In this document: in pieces, positions 39,465-52,025 of the stretch
Numbering within the stretch: position 1 is the stretch's first letter
Layout: each line of letters opens with the position of its first letter
DNA from: Macrostomum lignano
Lineage: Eukaryota
Length of the DNA stretch: 64,000 bases
Direction: 5' to 3'
Assembly (NCBI GenBank): GCA_002269645.1
Contig: NIVC01002120.1
Location: forward strand, 103,866 to 167,865
Translations under genes and position numbers: made by a program
Notes under the pieces: generated by a model
What the model saw: the letters and a program-made list of their open reading frames with translations, nothing else
Database searches by the model: none
What the model was told of the DNA's origin: nothing

Positions 39465-40625
39465 CCCACCTGACTCTCTTGGTCTCACCTGACTCTTTCA
39501 GCCTCAACTTAATTCTCCCAGTCCCACCTGACTCTCTTGGTCTCACCTGACTCTTTCAGTCTCAACTTAATTCTCCCAGTCTCACCTGACTCTCTTGGTC
39601 TCACCTGACTCTTTCAGTCTCAACTAAATTCTCCCAGTCTCACCTGACTCTTTCAGCCTCACCTGACTTTCCCAGTCAAAACTTTGACTCCCTCAGTCTC
39701 ACCTGACTCTCAGTCTCACCTGACTCTCGGTCTCACCTGACTCTCGATCTCACCTGACTCTCGGTCTCACCTGACTCTCGGTCTCACCTGACTCTCGTCC
39801 CACCTGACTCTCTCAGTCTCACCTGACTCTCGGTCCCACCTGACTCTCTCAGTCTCACCTGACTCTCCCAGTCTCAACTTGACTCTCTCAGTCTCACCTG
39901 ACTCTCTTAGTCTCACTTGACTCTCTCAGTCTCAACTTGACTCTCTCTCTCAGTCTCAACTTGACTCTCCCAGTCTCACCTGACTCTCGGTCTCACCTGA
40001 CTCTCTCAGTCTCACCTGACTCTTTCAGTCTCAACTTTGACTCCCTCAGTCTCACCTGACTCTCAGTCTCACCTAACTCTCAGTCTCACCTGACTCTCAG
40101 TCTCACCTGACTCTCGGTCTCACCTGACTCTCGGTCTCACCTGACTCCCTCAGTCTCACCTGACTCTCTCAGTCTCACCTGACTCTCTCAGTCTCACCTG
40201 ACTCTTCCAGTCTCAACTTTGACTCCCTCAGTCTCACCTGACTCTCAGTCTCACCTGACTCTCAGTCTCACCTGACTCTCAGTCTCACCTGACTCTCGGT
40301 CTCACTTGACTCTCTCAGTCTCACCTGACTCTTCCAGTCTCAACTTGACTCTCTCAGTCTCAACTTGACTCTCTTAGTCTCACTTGACTCTCTCAGTCTC
40401 AACTTGACTCTCTTAGTCTCACTTGACTCTCTCAGTCTCAACTTGACTCTCCCAGTCTAACCTGACTCTCGGTCTTACCTGACTCTCTCAGTCTCACCTG
40501 ACTCTCAGTCTCACCTAACTCTCAGTCTCACCTGACTCTCGGTCTCACCTGACTCTCTCAGTCTCACCTGACTCTCAGTCTCACCTAACTCTCAGTCTCA
40601 CCTGACTCTCAGTCTCACCTGACTG
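39465..40625. repeat. 17-19-bp minisatellite overlapping the exon 7 donor
   Basis: CTCACCTGACTCT(CT)CAGT; the minus strand reads AGTCAG|GTGAGAC. Confidence 0.92.
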
Positions 40626-41177
40626 GATGTCGTACACCAGCTCGCCATCGCCCTCGACCTCGCCCGCAGCATCGGAATCGAATCCGCGCAGCCGGCCCAG
40701 CGGACGGCCTGCCTCGGCGCCAGCCCGCAGCTCCGCCAATCCGACGGAGGCCGCCAGCGCCGGCGCCGCCTCGTTGGCGTCGAGAACTCGGACGGTCAGC
40801 CAGGCGAAGCCGGCGCGCCGACGGCCAGGCGCACCGTACCGAGGCGCCGCGACACGCAGCAGTAATCGGTGCCGGCTGGAGGTCTCGAAGTCCAGACCGT
40901 CGGCCGAGGCCGCCAGCGACACGGCGCCAGTCAGCGGGTTGATGGAGAACAAGCGGAGGCTGGCCGACTGCTCAGCCGAGTAGATGGAGAACTGCAGAGG
41001 CAGAGGCTGGAACAGCTGCGACTCCGGCTGCAGTAGCGGCGCCGGGTCCGGGTCCACCGCCGACACGGTCAGGAGGTCCGCGCCGTCCACGGGAGCCGCC
41101 TCGGACACTTCCAGTTCGTACTTCGGCAGCGAGAACTGCGGGCTGCGGCCTCGGCCCGGCTGCAGCGAGACCTCAAG
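40619..41177 (-). CDS. FAT: Fat-like cadherin exon 7
   Basis: ccccacag|CTT GAG; SPQF...AVDPDP...LDFE...LDANEAAP; donor TCA G|GTGAGA; 559 nt. Confidence 0.9.
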
Positions 41178-41214
41178 CTGTGGGGTTACGTTGGAATGCG
41201 GCAATCAGCTGCTC

Positions 41215-41680
41215 CTAGCCTCTACCCACATCCATTCAGAGCCTCATCATTGAATACCAGCCTCTACCCACATCCATTCAGAGCCTCATCATTGAATACC
41301 AGCCTCTACCCACATCCATTCAGAGCCTCATCATTGAATACCAGCCTCTACCCACATCCATTCAGAGCCTCATCATTGAATACCAGCCTCATCCATTCAG
41401 AGCCTCATCATTGAATACCAGCCTCATCCATTCAGAGCCTCAGCATCAGCCCCAAGCCTCATCCATTCAGAGCCTCATCATCAGCTCCAAGCCTCATCTA
41501 TTCAGAGCCTTAGCATCAGCTCCAAGCCTCATCCATTCAGAGCCTCAGCATCAGCTCCAAGCCTCATCCATTCAGAGCCTCAGCATCAGCTCCAAGCCTC
41601 ATCCATTCAGAGCCTCAGCATCAGCTCCAAGCCTCATCCATTCGGAGCCTCAGCCTCAGCATCAGCTCCAAGCCTCATCC
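41215..41680. repeat. 42-bp to about 35-bp graded minisatellite filling intron 6
   Basis: Shared core CATCCATTCAGAGCCTCA; the unit changes along the array. Confidence 0.88.
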
Positions 41681-41684
41681 TCAC

Positions 41685-41821
41685 CGTCCTGCTGGCCACC
41701 CGCAGCCCGTCAAAGCCGACCAGCCGCAGGCGGTAGCGGCTCCGCCGGCTGCAGTTCAGCCGCCTAGCAACGGTCAGGCGGCCTCCGAGCTGGGGCAGGT
41801 AGAAATCTTCGCTGCCGGCGC
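41685..41821 (-). CDS. FAT: Fat-like cadherin exon 6
   Basis: cactttcag|GC GCC; GRLTVARRLNCSRRSRYRLRLVGFDG; donor ACG|GTGAGG; phases 1 and 0 match the neighbouring exons. Confidence 0.85.
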
Positions 41822-41981
41822 CTGAAAGTGAGGATTTTTTAATCGGCTCTAAAGCACCTGATCCCTTCTGCTCCCCATGATCCTCATCTAACCAGCCTCT
41901 CATCTCCATCGAATCAGCTTCTGTTCCCTGATCCCCATCCCAGATCTTTAGTCCAGCTTCCCCCCAAGAGCCCCATCCTAC

Positions 41982-42428
41982 CAGTCAGTCTGAGCAGCAC
42001 AGCGACGGCCGGCCAGCCGGCGGCGGGCACCGCGATGGCCCCGGGCACGGCGGACCCCGGCAGCGCGTCCTCAGGCAGCGGAAACACCACGCCCTCCGGC
42101 ACGCCAAGGTCGATCATTTCGTGGCCGTCAGGCTTCGACGGCATCTGCTGAAGGCTGTCGTCGGCCCGGAGCAGGGTGACCTGAACGTTGGCGCTGGCCG
42201 AGTACTCCGGACGGCCGGGATCCACCGCGATGGCCAGTGCTCTGATGATGGCCGTCCGCTGCCAGCGCGCCGAGGTCCGCGGCCGCAGCCACAGCTGGCC
42301 GGTGCCCCGGTCCAAGCCGAGACTGGCAGTTGCCGAATCCTCGCCGCCGTCGACCAGCGAGAAGGCGATGGCGGAGTTGTCCGGGTCCGAGTCGGGATCG
42401 GCTGCGGCCAGGCGGCCCAGGGGAATCG
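41982..42428 (-). CDS. FAT: Fat-like cadherin exon 5
   Basis: ccaccag|CG ATT CCC; LAAADPDSDPDNSAIAFSL...DRGTGQLWL...VDPGRP; donor G|GTAGGA; 447 nt, phase 1-1. Confidence 0.87.
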
Positions 42429-42904
42429 CTGGTGGAGACGCAGATGACTGTCGGACACTGGAGCTGGCCGGCGCTGTGGGTCTGGCCGGGGGACGGTAGA
42501 ACTACATGTACAGATATAGTAAAGGCACCCAGCAACAGCTAGCCCGAAACTTCATCAACCGGTTGGTGATCAAGATTGTTACGCTCAAAACACTCAGCAT
42601 CCTTGATCTTTGAAGCTACGACGTAAAATATCCTGTTTTACAGCGTATAGGATAGGAGTAGGGGCACTTGGTATTCTGAAATTACTCGGAATAGGCTTAG
42701 CAATCAAATGGGGTTTTTAAATCACAGAGACGGTCATGCATGAGCCCCTCTTTCGATACGACATAAACAACTAACAAGGATTTAAATTCCAGAGATGGAT
42801 ACACAGCACATAAAATTTCTGAAGTTTGAACTGAACGGATTGAAAGTGTACTTTAGTTGATCGCAATGTAACAATAATGCTGGCAGCTAAACAAATTAAA
42901 CACG

Positions 42905-43490
42905 TCTATCTGATATTTAGAAGGGGTTAAGTCTTTTAATTTTGTCGATCTTCTCGTTTTACCAGAGGCTAGCTTAGAAGAACAGAGGAATGGGGTGGGG
43001 GTGGGGTGGGGGTAAGAGGGACGCCCGCAATGTACATACAAGTAAATTAACGCTAGCTATCGATTGGGTTGGGGCTGTGTTTGGGGTTGGGTGGGGCAGA
43101 AAAGCCCCGCCCAAAAGATAAGGAATGTACACTTGATATATAGCCTACGTGTACTTTCAGGCTATTAATATACTACAAATGTCAGACAGGATTAGTAAAT
43201 TCCTGCCTATTGGCTAATAGTCTATCTGATATTTAGAAGGGGTTAAGGTCTCTTAATTTTGTCGATCTGCTGCTCGTTCTACCAGCTTAGAAGAACAGAG
43301 GAATGGGGTGGGATGGGGGTAAGAGGGACGCCCGCAATGTACATACAATTAAATTTGCTAGTTATCGATTGGGTTGGGCTGGTGTTTGGGACAGTAAAGC
43401 CCCGCCCAAAGATAAGGAATGTACGCTTGATAGCCTACATGTACATTCAGGCTATTCATCTACTGTGTCAGGCAGGCTTAGCTAAATATT
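42905..43490. repeat. Diverged tandem duplication of about 315 bp
   Basis: TCTATCTGATATTTAGAAGGGGTTAAG...AGAACAGAGGAATGGGGTGGG...GGACGCCCGCAATGTACATACAA starts at about 42906 and about 43221. Confidence 0.8.
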
Positions 43491-44057
43491 GAGTCACAGC
43501 AGCAATTCAAAAACGATAAAAAAATCTAGTGACATTTTCTTAATGCTGCATAAAATTATAAAATGTACCTTAACAGACTAAGTCTAAAGTACATTATTGC
43601 ACAATACTGCCTTTGTTGACGATTTGAATTAAACTCACGCGGACGCCCTCGGATGAACTAACTACCCAAGCAAGTCCAACCAAAGCCCGACTTGACAATG
43701 AGAATCCGTCACGGAAGGCCGGCTAGAGGAGCAGAAGAGCCGGGCAGGGCATCGGCTTTCCTGCCGGCTGCTCAGTACTCACCCGGGACGGATTGGACTC
43801 AGTGAAAATGGAGACCAGCGCTGGGGCTGAGGCGCCCTGCCGGAATACAATTAATTATCCGCGCCTACTTCGAGCGGCTCATTAGACAAAAAAATCGACC
43901 CTTCTCACAATCCGGGTTGGATTTTAAAGTTCAGGTAGGTCAGTCACGCCTTGCCGCGGCGCGGGGGCGGAGTTCCCAGTTTTCAGCATGATTTTTTTGT
44001 GCGTTTTTTAAGCTCAGCAACCGAATCCCCGCCTGTCAGATCCCATCAGCTGCTCAC

Positions 44058-44282
44058 ATCCGTCGGGAAGGTTCTCCCAATCGTCCGGCGCCCCGTCGAA
44101 CGCGGCGAAGCTGAACTGGCGCTCCAGGAAGCTGGGTGGCGAGTCGTTGATGTCGAGCACCTGGATCTCGATGAGTACGGGACTGGTCAGGGCCGGGCTG
44201 CCCTGGTCTGTCAGGGACACCACCAGCTCGAATCGGTCAGATGCTTCTCGGTCGATGGTCACATTGGTTGTGGTCAGGCGTC
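44058..44282 (-). CDS. FAT: Fat-like cadherin exon 4
   Basis: ccctgcag|GA CGC CTG; TIDRE...DQGSP...LDINDSPPSF; donor T|GTGAGC; 225 nt, phase 1-1. Confidence 0.88.
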
Positions 44283-44371
44283 CTGCAGGGTGTTGGTTTG
44301 AGGTTCGCTATAGACTGCTGAGAACTTGGTTAAGAATTGGGGTGAAGTAGGATTGGGAATAGGGGACTGCC

Positions 44372-44716
44372 ACCTCATGTACAGGAACACAGCTACCTCG
44401 TGTACAGGAACACAGCCAACTCGTGTACAGGAACACAGCCACCGCATGTACAGGAACACAGCCACCGCATGTACAGGAACACAGCCACCGCATGTACAGG
44501 AACACAGCCACTGCATGTACAGGAACACAGCCACCGCATGTACAGGAACACAGCCACCGCATGTACAAGAACACAGCCACCGCATGTACAAGAACACAGC
44601 CACCGCATGTACAGGAACACAGCCACCGCATGTACAGGAACACAGCCACCGCATGTACAGGAACACAGCCACCGCATGTACAGGAACACAGCCACCGCAT
44701 GTACAGGAACACAGCC
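44372..44716. repeat. 23-bp minisatellite
   Basis: CATGTACAGGAACACAGCCACCG, about 15 copies. Confidence 0.92.
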
Positions 44717-45431
44717 ATCCATAATAGCCATACTAATAGACAGGTCGGAACTCATAGCGTATCACGCAGCTGAAGTCAGCTCACTCAGTGGCCAATAAAG
44801 TGCAAGATGAGTCCCGCTCTCAGCAACGAGGCTGTAAAATAGCGTTAGGGTTGGAAACAGAATTTACTCCAAAAACTTTCGCCTCCAGTAGTTGCCATCG
44901 CGGAAAAATGTGGACCCCCTTGGACCTTCTTGACAGGCAATCTGCCATAAATTTGAGCAGCTCTGGCCCCGGGAATTTGCGCGGTGTCCGCGGATTCTCC
45001 CCATATGGGATACCCGCCTCTCGGCATCACTATCCCAGCTTCCTCGCCTCTCTGAGCTTTGGCAGGTTTCTGTGCTCCCCCTCCCTCCCCTACCCGCCTT
45101 GCACAAGCCGGAACGCTGGCGAAAGTCAAAGGGGATAAAAAATGCTTCGTTAGCCTCGCCTTGTCTCTTTTTATCCCATCCACTCCCCGCTACACAGCGC
45201 GTGAAAGATGCTGGCCGCCTTGCGTGCTCCCCACCCCATCCCCCTCCCAGCAGACCCCTGTCAGGCGTACTGCGTTCCCCTCCAGAGGATAACGCTGGTT
45301 CATCCCCTCCACCGGTCAGCTCGGCCGGATCAGCTCGACCGGATTTCAAGTGGGTTTTGAGGGGAAATCTTTGAAGTGAGTAAAGTAGGACATTGGGGGA
45401 GAACAACTGTTGGGCGCCAGTTTGCGCTCAG

Positions 45432-46640
45432 TGTGGGGTCAGGGTGTGGGGTCAGGGTGTGGGGTCAGGGTGTGGGGTCAGGGTGTGGGGTCAGGGTGTG
45501 GGGTCAGGGTGTGGGGTCAGGGTGTGGGGTCAGGGTGTGAGGTCAGGGTGTGGGGTCAGGGTGTGGGGTCAGGGTGTTGGGTCAGGGTGTTGGGTCAGGG
45601 TGTGGGTTCAGGGTGTGGGACCAGGGTGTAGAGCCAGGGTGTGAAGCCAGGATGAAGGGCCAGGTTGTGGGGTCAGGGTGTGGGGTCAGGGTGTGAGGTC
45701 AGGGTGTGGGGTCAGGGTGTGGTGTCATGGTGTGGGGTCAGGGTGTGGGTTCAGGGTGAAGGGTCAGGGTGTGGTGTCATGGTGTGGGGTAAGGGTGTGG
45801 GGTCAGGGTGTGGGGTCAGGGTGTGGGGTCAGGGTGTGGGGTCAGGGTGTGGTGTCATGGTGTGGGGTCAGGGTGAAGGGTCAGGGTGAAGGGTCAGGGT
45901 GTAGGGTCAGGATGTCGGGTCAGGGTGTGGGGTCAGGGTGTGGGGTCAGGGTGTGGGGTCAGGGTGTGGGGTCAGGGTGTAGGGTCAGGGTGTAGGGTCA
46001 GGGTGTGGTGTCATGGTGTGGGGTCAGGGTGTGGGGTCAGGGTGAAGGGTCAGGGTGTAGGGTCAGGATGTCGGGTCAGGGTGTGGGGTCAGGGTGTGGG
46101 TTCAGGGTGTAGGGTCAGGGTGTGGGGTCAGGGTGTGGGGTCAGGGTGTGGGGTCAGGTGTGGGGTCAGGGTGTAGGGTCAGGGTGTGGGGTCAAGGTGT
46201 AGGGTCAGGGTGTAGGGTCAGGGTGTGGGGTCAGGGTGTTGGGTCAGGGTGTGCGGTCAGGGTGTGGGGTCAGGGTGTGGGGTCAGGGTTTGGGGTCAAG
46301 GTGTAGGGTCAGGGTGTAGGGTCAGGGTGTCGGGTCAGGGTGTGGGGTCAGGGTGTGGGGTCAGGTGCGGGGTCAGGGTGTAGGGTCAGGGTGTGGGGTC
46401 AAGGTGTAGGGTCAGGGTGTAGGGTCAGGGTGTGGGGTCAAGGTGTTGGGCCAGGATGTGGGGTCAGGGTGTGGGGTCAGGGTGTGGGGTCAGGGTGTGG
46501 GGTCAAGGTGTAGGGTCAGGGTGTAGGGTCAGGGTGTCGGGTCAGGGTGAGGGGTCAGGGTGAGGGGTCAGAGTGTGGGGTCAAGGTGTGGGGTCAGGGT
46601 GTGGGGTCAGGGTGTGGGGTCAGGGTGTGGGGTCAGGGTT
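45432..46640. repeat. 13-bp G-rich minisatellite
   Basis: GGTCAGGGTGTGG, about 90 copies. Confidence 0.93.
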
Positions 46641-46663
46641 AGCTCAGAGCCGGCCGCACTCAC

Positions 46664-46981
46664 CAGTCAGCGGGTCCATGGCAAAGTGGCCGTCCTCATT
46701 TCCGACCGCAATTTCGAATCTCACTCGACCATTGGCCGGATCCGAGTCGCAGTCCTCGGCCGGAATGGCGGTTAGGAGTTCGATTCCTGGCAGGGCGCCC
46801 TCCGCTAGCAGCAGGCGGTAGTGGGCGCGGTCGCTGGCCACGGGTCGGCAGTCGTTAACGTCCAAGATGGTCACGTGAATCTCGCAAGTGGCTGCCGGTG
46901 CCGCCGCAGAGGCCGCCACGGTTAGCCAGAGTCCCCTCGGGTGGCGTTCCCGGTCTAGGGGTGCCAGGGTTCGAATCTCGC
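46664..46981 (-). CDS. FAT: Fat-like cadherin exon 3 (318 nt, phase 1-1, one cadherin repeat)
   Basis: cccgcag|GC GAG ATT; GEIRTLAPLDRE...LDVNDCRP...DCDSDPANG...FAMDPLT; donor G|GTGAGT. Confidence 0.92.
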
Positions 46982-47037
46982 CTGCGGGCGGCACAGTTTG
47001 AGACACCAACTTCTTGTATTTTGGATGCAGTTGGCAA

Positions 47038-48777
47038 ACCACCCCAGCCCTCCCTGTCAGCCACCCCAGCCCTCCCAGTCAGCCACCCCAATCCCTTCCA
47101 GTCAGCCACACCAACCTTCCCAGTCAGCAACACCAATCCCTCCCAGTCAGCCAACCCCAACCCTTCCCAGTCAGCCACCCAACCCCTCCCAGTCAGCCAA
47201 CCCCAACCCTTCCCAGTCAGCTACCCCAACCCCTCCCAGTCAGCCACCCCAATCCCTTCCCAGTCAGCCAAACCAACCCCTTCCAGTCAGCCACCCCAGC
47301 CCTCCCAGTCAGCCACCCCAGCCCTCCCAGTCAGCCACCCCAGCCCTCCCAGTCAGCCACCCCAGCACCTCCTAGTCAGCCACCCCAGCACCTCCCAGTC
47401 AGCCACCCCAGCACCTCCCAGTCAGCCAACCTAACCCTTTCCATTCAGCCACCCCAACCCTTTCCATTCAGCCACCCCAACCCTTTCCATTCAGCCACCC
47501 CAACCCTTTCCATTCAGCCAACCCAACCCTTTCCATTCAGCCACCCCAACCCTTCCCAGTCAGCCACCCCAACCCTTTCCATTCAGCCACCCCAACCCTT
47601 CCCAGTCAGCCACCCCAACCCTTTCCATTCAGCCACCCCAACCCTTTCCATTCAGCCACCCCAACCCTTCCCAGTCAGCCACCCCAGCACCTCCTAGTCA
47701 GCCACCCCAGCACCTCCCAGTCAGCCACCCCAGCACCTCCCAGTCAGCCAACCTAACCCTTTCCATTCAGCCACCCCAACCCTTTCCATTCAGCCACCCC
47801 AACCCTTTCCATTCAGCCACCCCAACCCTTTCCATTCAGCCAACCCAACCCTTTCCATTCAGCCACCCCAACCCTTCCCAGTCAGCCACCCCAACCCTTT
47901 CCATTCAGCCACCCCAACCCTTCCCAGTCAGCCACCCCAACCCTTTCCATTCAGCCACCCCAACCCTTTCCATTCAGCCACCCCAACCCTTCCCAGTCAG
48001 CCAACCCAACCCTTTCCATTCAGCCACCCAACCCCTCCCAGTCAGCCAACCCCAACCCTTCCCAGTCAGCTACCCCAACCCCTCCCAGTCAGCCACCCCA
48101 ATCCCTTCCCAGTCAGCCAAACCAACCCCTTCCAGTCAGCCACCCCAGCCCTCCCAGTCAGCCACCCCAGCCCTCCCAGTCAGCCACCCCAGCCCTCCCA
48201 GTCAGCCACCCCAGCACCTCCTAGTCAGCCACCCCAGCACCTCCCAGTCAGCCACCCCAGCACCTCCCAGTCAGCCAACCTAACCCTTTCCATTCAGCCA
48301 CCCCAACCCTTTCCATTCAGCCACCCCAACCCTTTCCATTCAGCCACCCCAACCCTTTCCATTCAGCCACCCCAACCCTTTCCATTCAGCCACCCCAACC
48401 CTTCCCAGTCAGCCACCCCAACCCTTTCCATTCAGCCACCCCAACCCTTCCCAGTCAGCCACCCCAACCCTTTCCATTCAGCCACCCCAACCCTTTCCAT
48501 TCAGCCACCCCAACCCTTCCCAGTCAGCCAACCCAACCCTTTCCATTCAGCCACCCCAACCCTTCCCAGTCAGCCAACCCAACCCTTTCTATTCAGCCAC
48601 CCCAACCCTTCCCATTCAGCCACCCCAACCCTTCCCTGTCAGCCACCCCAACCCCTCCCAGTCAGCCACCCCAACCCCCCCAGTCAGCCACCCCAACCCT
48701 TCTCAGTCAGCCACTCCAGCCCTTCCCAGTCAGCCACCCCAGCCCCTCCCAGTCAGCCACCCAGCCCCTCCCAGTCA
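47038..48777. repeat. 22-23-bp C-rich minisatellite with an internal duplication of about 850 bp
   Basis: CAGCCACCCCAACCCTT(T)CC(ATT/CAGT); a rare variant (CTACCCC...CCAAACC) recurs at 47221 and 48070. Confidence 0.92.
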
Positions 48778-49775
48778 GGCTAAATCCAGTCGGTGCAGAC
48801 ACCTGAGAGCCAGTCAGTCTAAGCCATCTGATCAGTTTACACCTTGATTTTGTTCCTGACAATTCCCTGAACTCGCAGTTGCCCATGTGATCGAAGCAGT
48901 CTTTTAAAAACAATTGGGGATCGCAGCAGCCGCAGAGGGAATATCGACCCGCTGGGGGGGGGGGGTTTAGACACCCCCTGCGGATGCCGAGCCAAATGAG
49001 ACAGGGGATTAGAGTAAAGCCGGCTGGGACAGAGAAGATTATTGGCAGTCTAAAGTGGCTATCTTGATCTCAGGCCGCCAAGCAAGACTGCAGCTTAAGT
49101 ATCGCTGCTAAGACAGCCCCGCAAGGAGGAAAGAAGAAGTTTGGAAAGCCAGAGACGACAACAGCAAGGCAAGCCTGCAGTGTCTTCTCCCTATTCTCCT
49201 GTAGAGTAAAAGTCCAGCTGTGCTGGGGGCTCAGCCAGCACCTCGCATGCGATTGCAATAAAAAAGCTGGCACCGCAGCGGCTCCAGCTGCTGGGTTTTT
49301 GCCGCGGCCGGCCGGCTGCGTGACTCGCAGCGGATGGCGTCCCCAGGTTTTTTGCCGCCAGCCTGTCAGCCCGCCAGCCTCTCCGTGTGGAGGCAAACAG
49401 CCAGAATGAAAAACCTGCCAGGTCGGCAAGCCTACAGAGAGTCCCCTGGCGGAGAATTCCCATGACTCAAACCCGCTGGCTCCAGTTGGGACGCGGAGGC
49501 GTTGAAATTCGATTCAATGAAGTGTCACTTAAACCGGGGATTTAAAAACTCCAGAGGGCTTTGGCGACAACAAGCAAGAGCTGCTCGCTCTGCTTTGATT
49601 TTGGATTCTTGGAAAAACAACAGCTCACTGTGAACTCTGGTGAGATTCTATTGTGAGACTGAAAGTCTGGATTTACAGTATCTGCCGATTCTCAAGCTCA
49701 ACCTCACTCACAATGAGTTCTGAACCCCATGGGATCTGGAGGGGAAATCCAAGTAGCTCAAACGCCGAGGCTCAC

Positions 49776-50893
49776 CGCCACTGTCTATGGCAAAGAGCCG
49801 GCTCCCTCCGAGAATCTTGTAGTCAGCGACGGCGTCGGGATCAGTCACGTCGTCGGCCGCGGCCACCACCTGTCCCACCGACTGTCCGGCCGGGAGCCCC
49901 TCGGCCACCTCGAAGTCGTAGGCAGGGCGCGCGAACTGCAGCAGCAGCGACGCCTCGGCCGAGAGAGGGGCCGGCCGCCCGGCTGTCACCAGGACGAGCA
50001 GGTAGAGAACGGACTCGCGCGGCGCCGGCCTGCCGTGGTCGAAGGCCACCGCAAACAGCCGGTAGGGCGCGGCCGCCGCAGTCAGGCAGCGACGAAGCCG
50101 AAGGCAGCCGGTACGCCGGCTGATGGCGAAGGTCTCCAGGGCGGAGGGCAGGCCGCGCAGCCGGTAGGACACCCGGCCGTTGTCCCCGGAGTCGCCGTCA
50201 GTGGCGATCAGGGTGGTCAGCACCGAGCCGGCGGGCAGCAGCTCTGGGATGCTCAGCGTCAGCTGGCCCGGCTGGTCGCGGTTGGTGGTGCGGAACAGCG
50301 GGCGCTGGTCATTGACGTCGTCGAGTTCAACGCGAAGGTTTAGCTGGGCGTCGAGCGGCGGCTGGCCGCCGTCCTCGGCGAGCAGCGTTAGCTCCAACGC
50401 TGCGACACCACCGGCGGCAGCCCGCAGTCCTCCAGCGCCGACTTGCAGCCGTCCAGTTGTCGAGTTCAACTCAAAGGCGGCGGCGATGGCGGCATCCACG
50501 GGGTCGGCGAACCGATAGCTGACCGTGCCGTTGGCGCCGGCGTCCGGGTCAGCGGCTTTCAAAGCGTAGACTTCGGCGCCGGGCGGGGCGTCCTCTGCTA
50601 GGGTGACGAGCGCTGCCGCGTGGGCTTCGGCGAAGACCGGCGGGTTGTCGTTGACGTCAGCCAGGCGGACGAGGGCGCGCAGCGGAGGGCCGGAGCACAG
50701 CGGCGGCCGTCCGCGGTCGCAGACGCTGAGCAGCAGCCGGTGCTCGGCCCGGCGCTCGCGGTCGAGTAGAGCGGACGTTGTTAGCGCGAAGTACCGACGG
50801 CGGCGCGAGCCGAGCTCCACGACGGTGGCGGCAAAGGAGCTCCCAGACTGGGAGTCGGGCTCCTCAACGACCGCGCGGAGAAGGCCGTTGTAC
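49776..50893 (-). CDS. FAT: Fat-like cadherin exon 2
   Basis: Acceptor ctcctcag|G TAC AAC GGC; LDRE, DVNDNPPVF, ADPDAGANG and DVNDQRPLF motifs; donor G|GTGAG. Length 1118 fits phases 2 and 1. Confidence 0.92.
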
Positions 50894-51095
50894 CTGAGGA
50901 GTCAAATTTGATGGTGGTGGGGGGGAAATATCAAATTAGCGATACTTTTCATTCATTTCATTTCCATCTATGTTAGGACATTCGTAATTTTAAAAACATC
51001 TACTATATCAACTCATTTTTTCTAAGAAAGATAAGAAACTAGATGAAGCATATATTGAAAGATGATGAAGAGTTCCTATCTTGCAAGTGAAGTCT

Positions 51096-52025
51096 CCAGA
51101 CACGGACAGCTGCCAGCACAGACAGACAGACACACCAGTCTCCAGACACAAACAGCTGCCAGCAAAGACAGACACACCAGTCTCCAGACACAAACAGCTG
51201 CCAGCACAGACAGACACACCAGTCTCCAGACACAAACAGCTGCCAGCACAGACAGACACACCAGTCTCCAGACACAAACAGCTGCCAGCAAAGACAGACA
51301 CACCAGTCTCCAGACACAAACAGCTGCCAGCACAGACAGACACACCAGTCTCCAGACACAAACAGCTGCCAGCACAGACAGACACACCAGTCTCCAGACA
51401 CAAACAGCTGCCAGCAAAGACAGACACACCAGTCTCCAGACACAAACAGCTGCCAGCAAAGACAGACACACCAGTCTCCAGACACAAACAGCTGCCAGCA
51501 CAGACAGACACACCAGTCTCCAGACACAAACAGCTGCCAGCAAAGACAGACACACCAGTCTCCAGACACGGACAGCTGCCAGCACAGACAGACACACCAG
51601 TCTCCAGGCACGGACAGCTGCCAGCACAGACAGACACACCAGTCTCCAGACACAAACAGCTGCCAGCACAGACAGACACACCAGTCTCCAGACACAAACA
51701 GCTGCCAGCACAGACAGACACACCAGTCTCCAGACACGGACAGCTGCCAGCACAGACAGACACACCAGTCTCCAGACACAAACAGCTGCCAGCACAGACA
51801 GACACACCAGTCTCCAGACACGGACAGCTGCCAGCACAGACAGACACACCAGTCTCCAGACATGGACAGCTGCCAGCACAGACAGACACACCAGTCTCCA
51901 GACGCAAGCAGCTGCCAGCACTGACAGACACACCAGTCTCCAGACACGGACAGCTGCCAGCACAGACAGACACACCAGTCTCCAGACGCAAACAGCTGCC
52001 AGCACTGACAGACACACCAGTCTCC
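51096..52025. repeat. 42-bp minisatellite overlapping the exon 1 donor
   Basis: Minus strand GGAGACTGGTGTGTCTGTCTGTGCTGGCAGCTGTTTGTGTCT, about 22 copies. Confidence 0.93.
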
